This document shows, piece by piece, positions 12,336-21,399 of a stretch of 64,000 nucleotides of DNA (the first letter of the stretch is position 1; each line of letters starts with the position of its first letter). The notes below the pieces were generated by a model, which was not told the origin of the DNA, searched no databases, and was given only the letters and a program-made list of their open reading frames with translations. The DNA lies in assembly GCA_964387145.1 (NCBI GenBank), contig CAYLVM010000002.1, positions 31,763 to 95,762 on the forward strand. The letters run 5' to 3'. The translations under genes were made by a program, and so were the position numbers. The stretch is from an uncultured Acidimicrobiaceae bacterium. Lineage in GTDB: Bacteria; Actinomycetota; Acidimicrobiia; Spongiisociales; UBA5794.

Positions 12336-13297
12336 GAGAGGACACCGTCTTCATACAGTGAGGCGATCACGTTGGCAACGACGCGGCCGACGCGACGGTT
12401 CATGGCGCGAACCGACACGACGATCGCAGGTGATCGCGTGTTCTTGAGGATCGGCATCGTGCGGCCGGCAGAGGAGAGGCCGAGCCGCTCACCAACGAGG
12501 TCGGCGACGGCCATTCCTGCTTCGGACCGGCTGTGTTCCGAGCTGAAGTAGAACACCGCCTCCTCGCCGTCCTGGGGGAGGAAGAACCCGATCACCATAT
12601 CGACGTTGAGCCGGTTCGCTCGTTGAGCGCGTATCGACGGCGGCGGGGACGTGTCGATGCTGTGGCTTATGATCGGATGCCCTCCGAGCAGTTGGATCGC
12701 TGCACTGGCCTCCATCGCCGCGTTCCACGTGGCACCGGACTCATCGTCTGTTCTGCACTCCGGATCGATGTAGATGCGTTGCCCTGTGATCGAATCGGGA
12801 AGGGTTTGGAGCCACTGTCGCTCGCGAACGGCTTCTCTCCCAGGCTTCTGCGTGGCACGCCCTACGAGCCGCAACTCGCTTGCAACGAGATCTCCGGCTA
12901 TACCGTCTTCGGCGAGGCTTCGATTGCGTTGAAAATCGAGAAGACCATGCAACGTGGCAGGGCCGAAGATGCCGTCGACCTTGTCGGTGTCGAATCCAAG
13001 AGAGTTCAAGCGCGCTTGGAGTTCCGCGACATCATCACCGCGCATCATCGGGACCCGGTGGTAGAGCATGCGGTCACCGAGCCGATATCCAGCATCTACC
13101 AGTGAGCGCCACGTGTCGGGACCGACGATCCCGTCCGTTGGAAGTCCACGGTCGGCCTGAAATCCGGCTACTGCGCGCTGTGTTCCCTCGTCGAACACGC
13201 CAGACGCGTCGTCTCCGGTATCGAATCCGAGTGCTGTGAGCCGGTCCTGGATATCACGTACGGGCTCACCGCGATCGCCTTGGTGAAAGAGCCTCAC
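12311..13297 (-). CDS. cwlM: N-acetylmuramoyl-L-alanine amidase, CwlM-like (2x peptidoglycan-binding domains plus Amidase_3)
   Basis: 328 aa; two PG_binding_1 repeats (RGEPVRDIQDRLTALGF, DDVAELQARLNSLGF) then an amidase_3-like domain; mycobacterial cwlM synteny next to trxA/trxB and parB. Confidence 0.75.
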   Translation of the reverse strand: MRLFHQGDRGEPVRDIQDRLTALGFDTGDDASGVFDEGTQRAVAGFQADRGLPTDGIVGPDTWRSLVDAGYRLGDRMLYHRVPMMRGDDVAELQARLNSLGFDTDKVDGIFGPATLHGLLDFQRNRSLAEDGIAGDLVASELRLVGRATQKPGREAVRERQWLQTLPDSITGQRIYIDPECRTDDESGATWNAAMEASAAIQLLGGHPIISHSIDTSPPPSIRAQRANRLNVDMVIGFFLPQDGEEAVFYFSSEHSRSEAGMAVADLVGERLGLSSAGRTMPILKNTRSPAIVVSVRAMNRRVGRVVANVIASLYEDGVLSQPDGSKR

Positions 13298-13323
13298 GAA
13301 CTCAATCGTGCCAGATTCGTGTG

Positions 13324-13650
13324 CTAGTTGACGAAGTCGGCAAGTTCTACCTGCAGTTGGCCTTTGCTCCGCGCACCGACGAAGCGACGCTTCTCCTCGC
13401 CGTCCTGGAAGACGATGAGGGTCGGGATGCTCATGACGGAGTAGGTGCTCATCGTTGCCGGGTTCTCGTCGACGTTGAGTTTCGCAACGGTGAGCTTGCC
13501 CGAGAGCTCCCCTGCGAGCTCATCGAGGGGGGTGTCCATCATCTTGCACGGGCCGCACCACTCGGCCCAGAAGTCCACGAGTGTTGGGGTTTCGGATGCA
13601 ATGATCGATGCGAAGTCTGCATCCGTCGCTGTGATTGTATTCTGACCCAT
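13324..13650 (-). CDS. trxA: Thioredoxin
   Basis: 108 aa; WCGPC active site. Confidence 0.92.
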   Translation of the reverse strand: MGQNTITATDADFASIIASETPTLVDFWAEWCGPCKMMDTPLDELAGELSGKLTVAKLNVDENPATMSTYSVMSIPTLIVFQDGEEKRRFVGARSKGQLQVELADFVN

Positions 13651-13706
13651 GTCGTCTCCTCTCAGTCTGTTCCCGTGTCAGAGACCCGGGAACAGTTCGG
13701 ATCTGT

Positions 13707-14627
13707 TCAGTCTTGTGCGTCGAGCCAGCGTTCGGTGTCGAGCGCTGCCTGGCACCCGAGACCTGCTGCCGTCACTGCTTGTCGGTACACCTTGTCTGTG
13801 ACATCGCCCGCGGCGTAGACACCTTCTACAGAAGTGCGTGTTTGGCCTGGTGGCGTAACGATGTAGCCGGCGTCGTCGAGTTCGAGGTGCCCCTCGAACA
13901 CGGAGGTATTGGGAGAGTGCCCGATGGCTACGAAGACACCGTCTGTAGACAACTCCTTGGTTTCATCGGTGAGCGTGTCTCGGAGCACGACTCCTGTGAC
14001 GAACTCGTCACCGAGGATCTCGTCGACCGTGGTGTTCCAGGCGACCTCGATCTTGGGATGGTTGATCACACGCTCTGACATGATGGTCGACGCCCGGAAC
14101 TCGTCGCGGCGATGGACCACGGTGAGCTTCGAGGCGAACTTCGTCAGGAAGATGGCTTCCTCCATGGCGGTGTCGCCGCCACCGACGACGACGAGTTCCT
14201 TGTCCCTGAAGAAGAACCCGTCACATGTGGCGCAGGCTGAAACGCCGTAGCCGCGGAGCCGCTCTTCGCCGGGAACGCCGAGCCACCGAGCAGAGGCACC
14301 GGTGGTGATGATGATCGAATCTGCCCGGTACTCGTCCTTATCCACCGACACCGTGAAGGGTCTCTTGGAGAAGTCGACATCGGTGACATTGGAACTGATG
14401 ATGCGGGTTCCGAAACGTTCGGCCTGTTTGCGAATCTGGTCCATGAGGTCTGGACCCATGATGCCGTCTGGGAAGCCGGGGAAGTTCTCGACGTCCGTTG
14501 TGATCATGAGTTGACCACCCCGCTCCATCCCCTCGATCATGAGGGGTTCGAGTCCGGCACGAGCGGCGTAGATGGCTGCGGTCAGGCCTGCGGGGCCTGA
14601 GCCGATGATGAGGACCTGCTCGGTCAT
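13707..14627 (-). CDS. trxB: Thioredoxin-disulfide reductase
   Basis: Start MTEQVLIIGSGPAGLTAAIYAARAG; redox CATCDG motif; the longer upstream extension in the ORF track is unlikely. Confidence 0.9.
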   Translation of the reverse strand: MTEQVLIIGSGPAGLTAAIYAARAGLEPLMIEGMERGGQLMITTDVENFPGFPDGIMGPDLMDQIRKQAERFGTRIISSNVTDVDFSKRPFTVSVDKDEYRADSIIITTGASARWLGVPGEERLRGYGVSACATCDGFFFRDKELVVVGGGDTAMEEAIFLTKFASKLTVVHRRDEFRASTIMSERVINHPKIEVAWNTTVDEILGDEFVTGVVLRDTLTDETKELSTDGVFVAIGHSPNTSVFEGHLELDDAGYIVTPPGQTRTSVEGVYAAGDVTDKVYRQAVTAAGLGCQAALDTERWLDAQD

Positions 14628-14629
14628 GC

Positions 14630-14935
14630 TCACTCCTGTTGTGGATCTCGGTCTTGGGGAAACCGCCGCGACCAGATGAAGGCTCCTACGAGGATCAGGA
14701 TCAGGCCCACAGCGGCATACGCTGTTTCCGTACCGATCAGCGTTCCGAGAGCCCGAAATATTCCAACGAGTAGCCAGAAGATGCCCATCACCGAGGTGAC
14801 GACGAGGATGAGGCCGATCGCTGCCCACGTGATGCCGGTTGCAGCCTTATCTACGGACAGCTCACGGATTCGGCTCGCCACCATCTCGAGGAAGTCGGCG
14901 ATACGGGCGGAAAGGGGAGGACTGGGTTCGACCAT
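14630..14935 (-). CDS. Small hypothetical membrane protein (2 TM)
   Basis: 101 aa hydrophobic ORF whose stop overlaps the trxB start. Confidence 0.4.
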   Translation of the reverse strand: MVEPSPPLSARIADFLEMVASRIRELSVDKAATGITWAAIGLILVVTSVMGIFWLLVGIFRALGTLIGTETAYAAVGLILILVGAFIWSRRFPQDRDPQQE

Positions 14936-14975
14936 AGACCCACAGAGTAGCCGGTCAACGGCTGTCGATGTCAGG

Positions 14976-15791
14976 TCAAGGGAGTGTGGCGGTCACCCGA
15001 CACGTCTCGAGGTCGAGACTGATGACGCTCGTCACCGTTCCCTCTATTCCGACACCGAGGTGAACAACCTGTGCCCCCTCTGTCGTAGTCGCCGCCAACG
15101 GTGTGAGCTCATCGTCGGGAAGGGAGTCCCCGAGCCGGTCGATACAGTCCTCGAGGACAGCGACTTCGACAGTGGTCATCGCTGCCTCGTCCTCGACGAA
15201 CTTCTGCATATCAGCACTCGTCGTATCGAGCTCTCGGAGTGAAGTGAGGAGGAGACCGACGTCCGACGTTGGTATCTCGGTGAGGGCCAGGAACTCGATG
15301 CCGACATCACCAGCGGGAGCGGAGGTCACGGTTGGTGCCGACTCGGCTGTGCCGCCGTCGCCGCCGTCGGCAAGACCGGTGATCTCCTGAGTGCTGAGGG
15401 AGTCGGTTGCCACGAGGGCGACATCTTCAGCGGCATCGTTGCCGGACAACAGACCCGGGACCGCAACGAAGGCAACGGCGACCGCGGCGACCGCGGCGAG
15501 CCCCGCCACCGGCTTCCACCACCGAGACCGGGGCTGGGGAGCAGGCGTAGCTGTGGCTGTGGGTTCGAGATGGAGTTGTGTCACGAGATTCGATCGCAAC
15601 GTCGACCGCTCCAAGGCATTCAGCGTGACGGCGGGGAGATCATCGAGTGCCTCGATGACGGTGATCTGTGCTGCGAGTTCGCTGGCGAGCTCCTGGTCGG
15701 AAGCGACCAGCGCTCGGGCGCGCTCTTCATCTTCTCCGCTGAGAGCTCCCTGTGCCAGGGCGAGGACGATCTCGATGTCGCTGTCTTTCAT
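14976..15791 (-). CDS. Putative anti-sigma factor (RsmA-like), membrane-anchored
   Basis: 271 aa; start overlaps the stop of the upstream ECF sigma gene (translational coupling); central TM segment; acidic N-terminus. Confidence 0.55.
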   Translation of the reverse strand: MKDSDIEIVLALAQGALSGEDEERARALVASDQELASELAAQITVIEALDDLPAVTLNALERSTLRSNLVTQLHLEPTATATPAPQPRSRWWKPVAGLAAVAAVAVAFVAVPGLLSGNDAAEDVALVATDSLSTQEITGLADGGDGGTAESAPTVTSAPAGDVGIEFLALTEIPTSDVGLLLTSLRELDTTSADMQKFVEDEAAMTTVEVAVLEDCIDRLGDSLPDDELTPLAATTTEGAQVVHLGVGIEGTVTSVISLDLETCRVTATLP

Positions 15792-16372
15792 GATTCTCCG
15801 CTGTCCCCGTTTGGATGCTTATCGGGGGGCCTCAGGTTCCCGAGACTTTGAGATAGTTGTTTGCGGGCCCGGAACAATCGACTCTTGATGGTTCCGACCG
15901 GTACTTCGAGGGTATCGCTTGCCTGCTCAAGCGACATGCCCTGAAGGTCGACGAGCACGATCGCAGCCCTGAAGTCGGCACTGAGGTCGGCGAGGGCCTC
16001 CTCGATGTCGGGGCGCACCTCGACGGCTTCGAGCAGGCTCTCCGTCGAGGGGTCCGGGCTGTCGTGTCCCTCTGGGATACTGGTCGTGCGCTTTCGCTTC
16101 GCCCGACGGAGATGGTCGTAGCAGGTGTTGACGGCCACCCGGTAGAGCCAGGTGGAGAAGGCAGCCTTCGCCTGGTACCGGTCCGCCTTGCGGAAGACCG
16201 TCAGGAAGGTGTCTTGCGTTGCGTCGAGCGCTGCCTCCCTGTCACGCAACATGCGCAGACATACAGCGAACACACGGTCTTCGTGGGCATCCATGAGTTC
16301 GTTGAATGCATCGATGTCACCTTTGAGATAGCGATCGATCAACTCGATGTCGAGGTGGGCCCTGTCGGTCAT
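15788..16372 (-). CDS. ECF-family RNA polymerase sigma factor (SigM-like)
   Basis: 194 aa; sigma-70 region 2 (FTVFRKADRY..WLYRVAVN) and region 4 (EQASDTLEVPVGTIKSRLFRARKQL). Confidence 0.85.
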   Translation of the reverse strand: MTDRAHLDIELIDRYLKGDIDAFNELMDAHEDRVFAVCLRMLRDREAALDATQDTFLTVFRKADRYQAKAAFSTWLYRVAVNTCYDHLRRAKRKRTTSIPEGHDSPDPSTESLLEAVEVRPDIEEALADLSADFRAAIVLVDLQGMSLEQASDTLEVPVGTIKSRLFRARKQLSQSLGNLRPPDKHPNGDSGES

Positions 16373-16411
16373 GTTCCCGAGAGCGTAGGGAGATACATGT
16401 CTGGAGGTGTA

Positions 16412-17698
16412 TCAGGGGGTGAAGGAGACGTCGCGGATCTCAGCGCGGTACGACCCGTCCTGCTGCTCGGGAAGGTCGGTGAGCCACAGGCGCCAAAGAC
16501 CTCCCCCACGGAGAGGAAGTTGCATGCGCACCTCGGCCGCCTGGAGTGTTCCTCTCGCAATGTGGCTCCAATCCCGGGGATCGTCGGGTACTGCTTCGGA
16601 CCAGCCGATCAGATACGTCGTGCCGGCCGTGCCTGTGATGTAGATGGCACCCGGAGTACCGGCGACGTCGAGGACGATCCCCACACCTTCCTTGATGTCG
16701 CGTATCGGCCGTGAGTACGCCTCGGTCGACCACGACGTGGACCGGTCCCCATCGATGGTGTTGTCGACCGTGTCGTCGCTCTCGGTGCCATCTCCGAGGG
16801 GGTCGTAGACGAGTGCAGTCGCCGGTAGTGCGTCCGTCCCCTCGGGTTCCTCGACGACGATCGGAGCGGTGACAGAAGGAGATGGTTGCTCGCCGGCGAC
16901 CGGGTAGAGGAAGGGAGAGTTCGGGTCGAAGTCGGTTGCAAGACCGATGGCAGCGAGGAGGGAGATCGCCACAGCGATTGCAGCGAACATCGCGAGCATC
17001 TTCCACGGTTTGGCCGGTTCGGGCTCTTCGGGAGGATGATACTCCGTCGATGCGAGGGCGTTCGCGAGGCCCGCAGCGTCGAGGGTGCCTGCGATCCCAG
17101 CCGAAAGGGCATCGTCGACCGCTTCAGGGAGGCCATCGATGACCGTCGAAGGCATCGTTCCAGCGTCGTGGGACCCGGTGATGGCCGCCCGAAGGACCTC
17201 GGCGAGGGCTCTCGTGTCCTCGGACTGCTCACTCCACCGGGGCCTGCGTCCGAACGCACCGAGCTTGACGGGGTGTGCAGCGGAGTAGTGAATGGCGGAC
17301 GCGTCGATGGCCCCATGGAGTCCGCCGGCTTCGTGGTACTTCCCAAGTGCCAAGCACAGGCCGGCGGCATTGGGAAGGAGTTCGTCCATAGGAAGTGCCT
17401 CTCCGGCGGCGATCCTGTCTTCGATCGTGACGCCGCCGTCCCACTCCGAGACCGAGTAAGCGGATGCTGCTGTATCTCCAGCGGCGAAGACGCGCTGGAG
17501 ATGAATCTCGGTGAGGGCGGCTGCAGACCGGACCTTGTCGAGGAACGACTCCCGACGCTCGGGAGAGGATTCAGGGGCAAGGTATCGGATCAGTACAGGG
17601 CGGTCGAGACGCTCGTCTTTGGCAAGCCACTCCTCGATGTCCCCGTCGCTCCCAAGCCGGATGTTCAGCCGGTATCGGTCGGGGAGTCTCGGGGGCAC
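16412..17698 (-). CDS. Membrane protein with a Ser/Thr kinase-like (probably catalytically dead) domain and C-terminal extracytoplasmic domain
   Basis: 428 aa; kinase N-lobe-like N-terminus, but HRD is replaced by HGA and DFG by AFG; single TM (LAMFAAIAVAISLLAAIGLA); resembles the mycobacterial MviN/MurJ C-terminal pseudokinase module without the flippase domain. Confidence 0.55.
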   Translation of the reverse strand: MPPRLPDRYRLNIRLGSDGDIEEWLAKDERLDRPVLIRYLAPESSPERRESFLDKVRSAAALTEIHLQRVFAAGDTAASAYSVSEWDGGVTIEDRIAAGEALPMDELLPNAAGLCLALGKYHEAGGLHGAIDASAIHYSAAHPVKLGAFGRRPRWSEQSEDTRALAEVLRAAITGSHDAGTMPSTVIDGLPEAVDDALSAGIAGTLDAAGLANALASTEYHPPEEPEPAKPWKMLAMFAAIAVAISLLAAIGLATDFDPNSPFLYPVAGEQPSPSVTAPIVVEEPEGTDALPATALVYDPLGDGTESDDTVDNTIDGDRSTSWSTEAYSRPIRDIKEGVGIVLDVAGTPGAIYITGTAGTTYLIGWSEAVPDDPRDWSHIARGTLQAAEVRMQLPLRGGGLWRLWLTDLPEQQDGSYRAEIRDVSFTP

Positions 17699-17700
17699 GT

Positions 17701-18435
17701 CTACCCCGCTTTGAGGACGGCGAGGGACTCAGGGAGCTGGACGTATCCCTCGGACTCGTAGAGAGCGAGGGCAGGGTCGTTGTCGCGTTGCGTGTTGAGG
17801 AGCAGCGCCTTGGATCCATGCCTTCGTGCACTGCGGGATGCGGCCCGCACGAGGCTTCGACCCATCCCTTGTCCTTGCCACACAGGATCGACGGCGACCC
17901 TCTGGAGATAGGAGATGGCGTGGCCGTATCCAACGACGGCGTACCCCGTGATACCGAGGTCACCGTCACGGATCACGAAGACGGATGATCGCGAGGTTGC
18001 CTGGGTGGACTCGACGAGAGATGTGCGGTCGAATCGCCAGAATGGGTCGAACGCTGCCTGATCGATCGAGAGCATCTGATCGATGTCGTAGTCATCGTTT
18101 CGCACGACAAGGTGGCGAGGGGCAGGAACGGGCGCTTCGAGTCCGAGACGCATGAGGGCGAGTTCGAGGAACTCGACGAACCCAGCAGCCTCCCACGGCT
18201 TCCGTGCGGAAGGTGCAAGAGGAGAGGAGAACACCGAGGGTGCCCCAAGGTGTGTGAGGCGTTGGACACAGGCATCGATGAAACCGGTTCCGCCCCTCAC
18301 GAGGCGCAGTGTGGCGTCCTCGACGGCGTCGTTCCATGGGCGAGCTTCGGCTCGTGCCCAACCGCGCCGAAGCGAGATGGGGCCCGGCCATACTCCTCTT
18401 TGAAATACACGATGTGGGGTGTCGGCTAACGCCAT
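17701..18435 (-). CDS. GNAT family N-acetyltransferase
   Basis: Acetyl-CoA binding motif RVAVDPVWQGQGMGRSLV; start chosen at MALADTP. Confidence 0.7.
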   Translation of the reverse strand: MALADTPHRVFQRGVWPGPISLRRGWARAEARPWNDAVEDATLRLVRGGTGFIDACVQRLTHLGAPSVFSSPLAPSARKPWEAAGFVEFLELALMRLGLEAPVPAPRHLVVRNDDYDIDQMLSIDQAAFDPFWRFDRTSLVESTQATSRSSVFVIRDGDLGITGYAVVGYGHAISYLQRVAVDPVWQGQGMGRSLVRAASRSARRHGSKALLLNTQRDNDPALALYESEGYVQLPESLAVLKAG

Positions 18436-18514
18436 GACCTCTCCCGGAGTCCTGCCACGCACTCCGTAATGTACCCCCGATCGCGACGTGCCCGGCGCAT
18501 GGCAGAATCGGACC

Positions 18515-19528
18515 ATGACGCTCCTCCTTGTTTCCCACGAACTCGGCCTAGCTCATCGCGTCCCTCGCGGGCACCCTGAGCGAAGGGAACGCCTCACCGC
18601 AACCTTGAATGGCCTGCACCGCTTGACGTGTGGTGTGGTGGATAGGGAGGCCCCCAGAGTCGATCGGCGGTTGCTCGAAGAGATTCACGACGCCTCGTAC
18701 ATCGAGGAGGTACGTCGGTTCTGTGAGGAGGGAGGGGGATCGTTCGACCCGGACACGTACGCCGTCCCTGCATCGTTTGCTGCTGCCCTCCACGCAGCGG
18801 GAGCAGGACCGTACGCCGTCGACGCCCTCATACGAGGCGAGGCGAAGACCGGGTTCGTCGCTGTCCGCCCCCCAGGCCATCACGCCGAGCGCCATCAGGC
18901 GATGGGTTTCTGCCTCTTCAACAACATCGCGGTGACCGCATCGTATCTGCGACGTGAGGGCCATCGGGTAGCGATCGTGGACTGGGATGTCCACCATGGC
19001 AACGGCACACAGAACTCGTTCTGGTTGGAACCCGACGTTCTCTACGTGTCCCTTCACGAGTTTCCCTTCTACCCGGGGACAGGGTGGTTGAGCGAGACCG
19101 GGGTAGGAGAGGGAGCGGGAGCCACCGTGAACATTCCACTCCCCGGCGGGACCTCGAGCAATGACTATCTGGCAGCATTCGCGCGGATCGTTGTTCCCGT
19201 TGTGCGACAGTTCGCGCCCGACTGGATACTGGTGAGCGCAGGCTACGACGCACACGTGTCAGATCCTCTTGGCGGTCTCTGCCTCGAATCGAGCGACTAT
19301 CGAGCGATGGCAGGGGCGCTCGCCGAGATCGTTCCCCCGCAACGGATCGTTGCCTTTCTCGAGGGCGGCTACGATCTCGATGCCCTTGCAACGTCCTCCC
19401 AAGCAACGGTCGAGGGGGTGCTCAACGGTGCGCAGCAGTTTCCGTGGCCGAGCGTCATCGATGGGTCGGCCGCCAGGATCATCGATCTTGTCGTGGAGGG
19501 TGTTGGACGCTACTGGGACCTCGACTAG
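18515..19528 (+). CDS. Histone deacetylase superfamily protein (AcuC/acetoin utilization / acetylpolyamine amidohydrolase-like)
   Basis: Arginase/deacetylase fold motifs VDWDVHHGNGTQ and SAGYDAH. Confidence 0.8.
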   Translation: MTLLLVSHELGLAHRVPRGHPERRERLTATLNGLHRLTCGVVDREAPRVDRRLLEEIHDASYIEEVRRFCEEGGGSFDPDTYAVPASFAAALHAAGAGPYAVDALIRGEAKTGFVAVRPPGHHAERHQAMGFCLFNNIAVTASYLRREGHRVAIVDWDVHHGNGTQNSFWLEPDVLYVSLHEFPFYPGTGWLSETGVGEGAGATVNIPLPGGTSSNDYLAAFARIVVPVVRQFAPDWILVSAGYDAHVSDPLGGLCLESSDYRAMAGALAEIVPPQRIVAFLEGGYDLDALATSSQATVEGVLNGAQQFPWPSVIDGSAARIIDLVVEGVGRYWDLD

Positions 19529-19598
19529 CGGGGACCCACACACGAGGAGAGAGCGATAGAGGTCAAGGGAGTTCGCGGACCGGCCGATACCTGTTCTG

Positions 19599-20711
19599 GT
19601 GAGTCGAACCGGAGGACACGTGCCAGACCAGATACCGACGCTTGGGGAACTCCTTGGAAAACTCGTGGAGATACACGGTTCCGACCTGCATCTCAAAGTG
19701 GGATCACCCCCTGCGTACCGGATCGACGGAGCGCTGCACCTCGCCGAACTTCCACCGCTCACCCCGGAACAAACCGAAGCCCTGCTCAGCGACCTCCTTC
19801 CGAGCCACCTTCAAGGGAGAGCATCTGAGACAGCGGACCTCGATTTCGCCTACGGCGAAGCGGGCCTCGGCCGGTTCCGTGTCAACAGCTACCGTCAGCG
19901 TGGTTCGATCAATCTCGTCGTTCGGTCTGTTGCCCCGGCCTCAACGGCCTTTCCCGACCTTGGACTCCCTGAAGGTGTCGTGAGAGCGTGTGACGAACGT
20001 GACGGGCTGATCCTCGTCACGGGTCCGACCGGTGCAGGAAAGACGACGACATGTGCAGCGATGATCGACCACATCAACGAGAGCCGTCGTGTGAACATCA
20101 TCACGATCGAGGACCCGATCGAAGTTCTCCACAGGGACAAGAGAGCGATCGTGTCACAGCGGGAGGTCGGCGTTGACACGCCCTCGTACGCCGAGGGGAT
20201 GGCATCGGTCATACGGCAGGATCCCGACGTCATCTACGTCGGCGAACTGCGTGACGCAGAGACGATGCAGGCTGCACTCATCGCGGCAGAGACGGGCCAC
20301 CTCGTGATCTCGACGATGTACACGATCGATGCAGTCGAGACTGTTCATCGAATCCTCGACAGCTTCCCCCCGTACCTCGAACGGAGGGTTCGTCAGATGC
20401 TCGGTACGACGCTTCGTGCCATCGTGTCCCAGCGGCTCATCCCCAAGATAGAGGGCCCCGGAAGGGTCCTTGCCGCCGAGTTGCTGTTCAACACCGAAGC
20501 CGTTCGTGAGCATCTCGTCGATGCAGACAAGATGCCAGAACTGTTCGAGACGATCGCCGAGGGGGCGTTCTACGGCATGAAGACGTTCGACCAGGCGATC
20601 ACCGAGAGGTATGAGGCGGGAGACATCTCGTTCTCCGATGCCCTCTCATTCGTCACCTCTCCGAGGGACTTCAAGCTGGCGACTGGAGTGGCGACCACAC
20701 CCGGCCTGTGA
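19599..20711 (+). CDS. pilT: Type IV pilus twitching-motility ATPase PilT family
   Basis: 370 aa; Walker A GPTGAGKTTT; PilT-specific sequence. Confidence 0.82.
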   Translation: MSRTGGHVPDQIPTLGELLGKLVEIHGSDLHLKVGSPPAYRIDGALHLAELPPLTPEQTEALLSDLLPSHLQGRASETADLDFAYGEAGLGRFRVNSYRQRGSINLVVRSVAPASTAFPDLGLPEGVVRACDERDGLILVTGPTGAGKTTTCAAMIDHINESRRVNIITIEDPIEVLHRDKRAIVSQREVGVDTPSYAEGMASVIRQDPDVIYVGELRDAETMQAALIAAETGHLVISTMYTIDAVETVHRILDSFPPYLERRVRQMLGTTLRAIVSQRLIPKIEGPGRVLAAELLFNTEAVREHLVDADKMPELFETIAEGAFYGMKTFDQAITERYEAGDISFSDALSFVTSPRDFKLATGVATTPGL

Positions 20712-20805
20712 GCTTCGCAACCCCGACACGACAACAGAGAGACCAGACAGACCCCTTCTGACACCTGACACCTGTTGTCTGTTGTCTGTTGTCTACTGTT
20801 CCCTC

Positions 20806-21399
20806 ATGCCAGACTTCACCTGCACACGCTGTGACGAGAGATTCTCGCTCGCGCCTGCTCTCCTCGATCGATTCCCTGGATGGGTCCCCAAGCTGTGCCT
20901 TGCGTGCAAGGATGAACGAGGTGCAGCCTCGCGGCCGTCGACCTCGAAACCGGTCTCTGCTGCCGACCCGTCGTCCGGCGTGTTCACCGACGGAAGCGCA
21001 GTTCCCAACCCGGGTCCTGGTGGGTGGGGAACTGTGTACGTCATCGACGACGAGATCGTTGCAGAGGCCTACGGCTACGGCGGAGAGACCACGAACAACC
21101 GTATGGAGTTGATGGCACTCATCAACGCCGTTGACCTCGTTCCTGTGGGAACACAAGTAACTGTGTACTCGGACTCGAACCTCGCTGTGCGCACCATCAA
21201 CGAGTGGGCAGCAGGATGGGAACGCCGCGGCTGGAAGCGCAAGACAGGCCCCGTCGAGAACCTCGATCTCGTCAAGGAGGCGTACGCCGCGTTCAGGGCG
21301 AGGCCTGAACTGTCACTCGAGTGGATACGGGCACACGTCGGGTACCGCTGGAACGAGTACGCAGACGAACTGGCCAACCGGGGAAGGATGGAGAGGTGA
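20806..21399 (+). CDS. rnhA: Ribonuclease HI with an N-terminal Cys-rich (zinc-ribbon-like) extension
   Basis: RNase H core TDGSAVPNPGPGGWG...TNNRMELMALINAV...YSDSNL..; N-terminal CTRCDE...CLACKDE. Confidence 0.8.
   Translation: MPDFTCTRCDERFSLAPALLDRFPGWVPKLCLACKDERGAASRPSTSKPVSAADPSSGVFTDGSAVPNPGPGGWGTVYVIDDEIVAEAYGYGGETTNNRMELMALINAVDLVPVGTQVTVYSDSNLAVRTINEWAAGWERRGWKRKTGPVENLDLVKEAYAAFRARPELSLEWIRAHVGYRWNEYADELANRGRMER

Noticed and set aside
16609-17580. 323-aa minus-strand ORF in an alternative frame of the pseudokinase gene
   Set aside because: Pro/Ser/Arg-rich low-complexity translation typical of an off-frame high-GC ORF.
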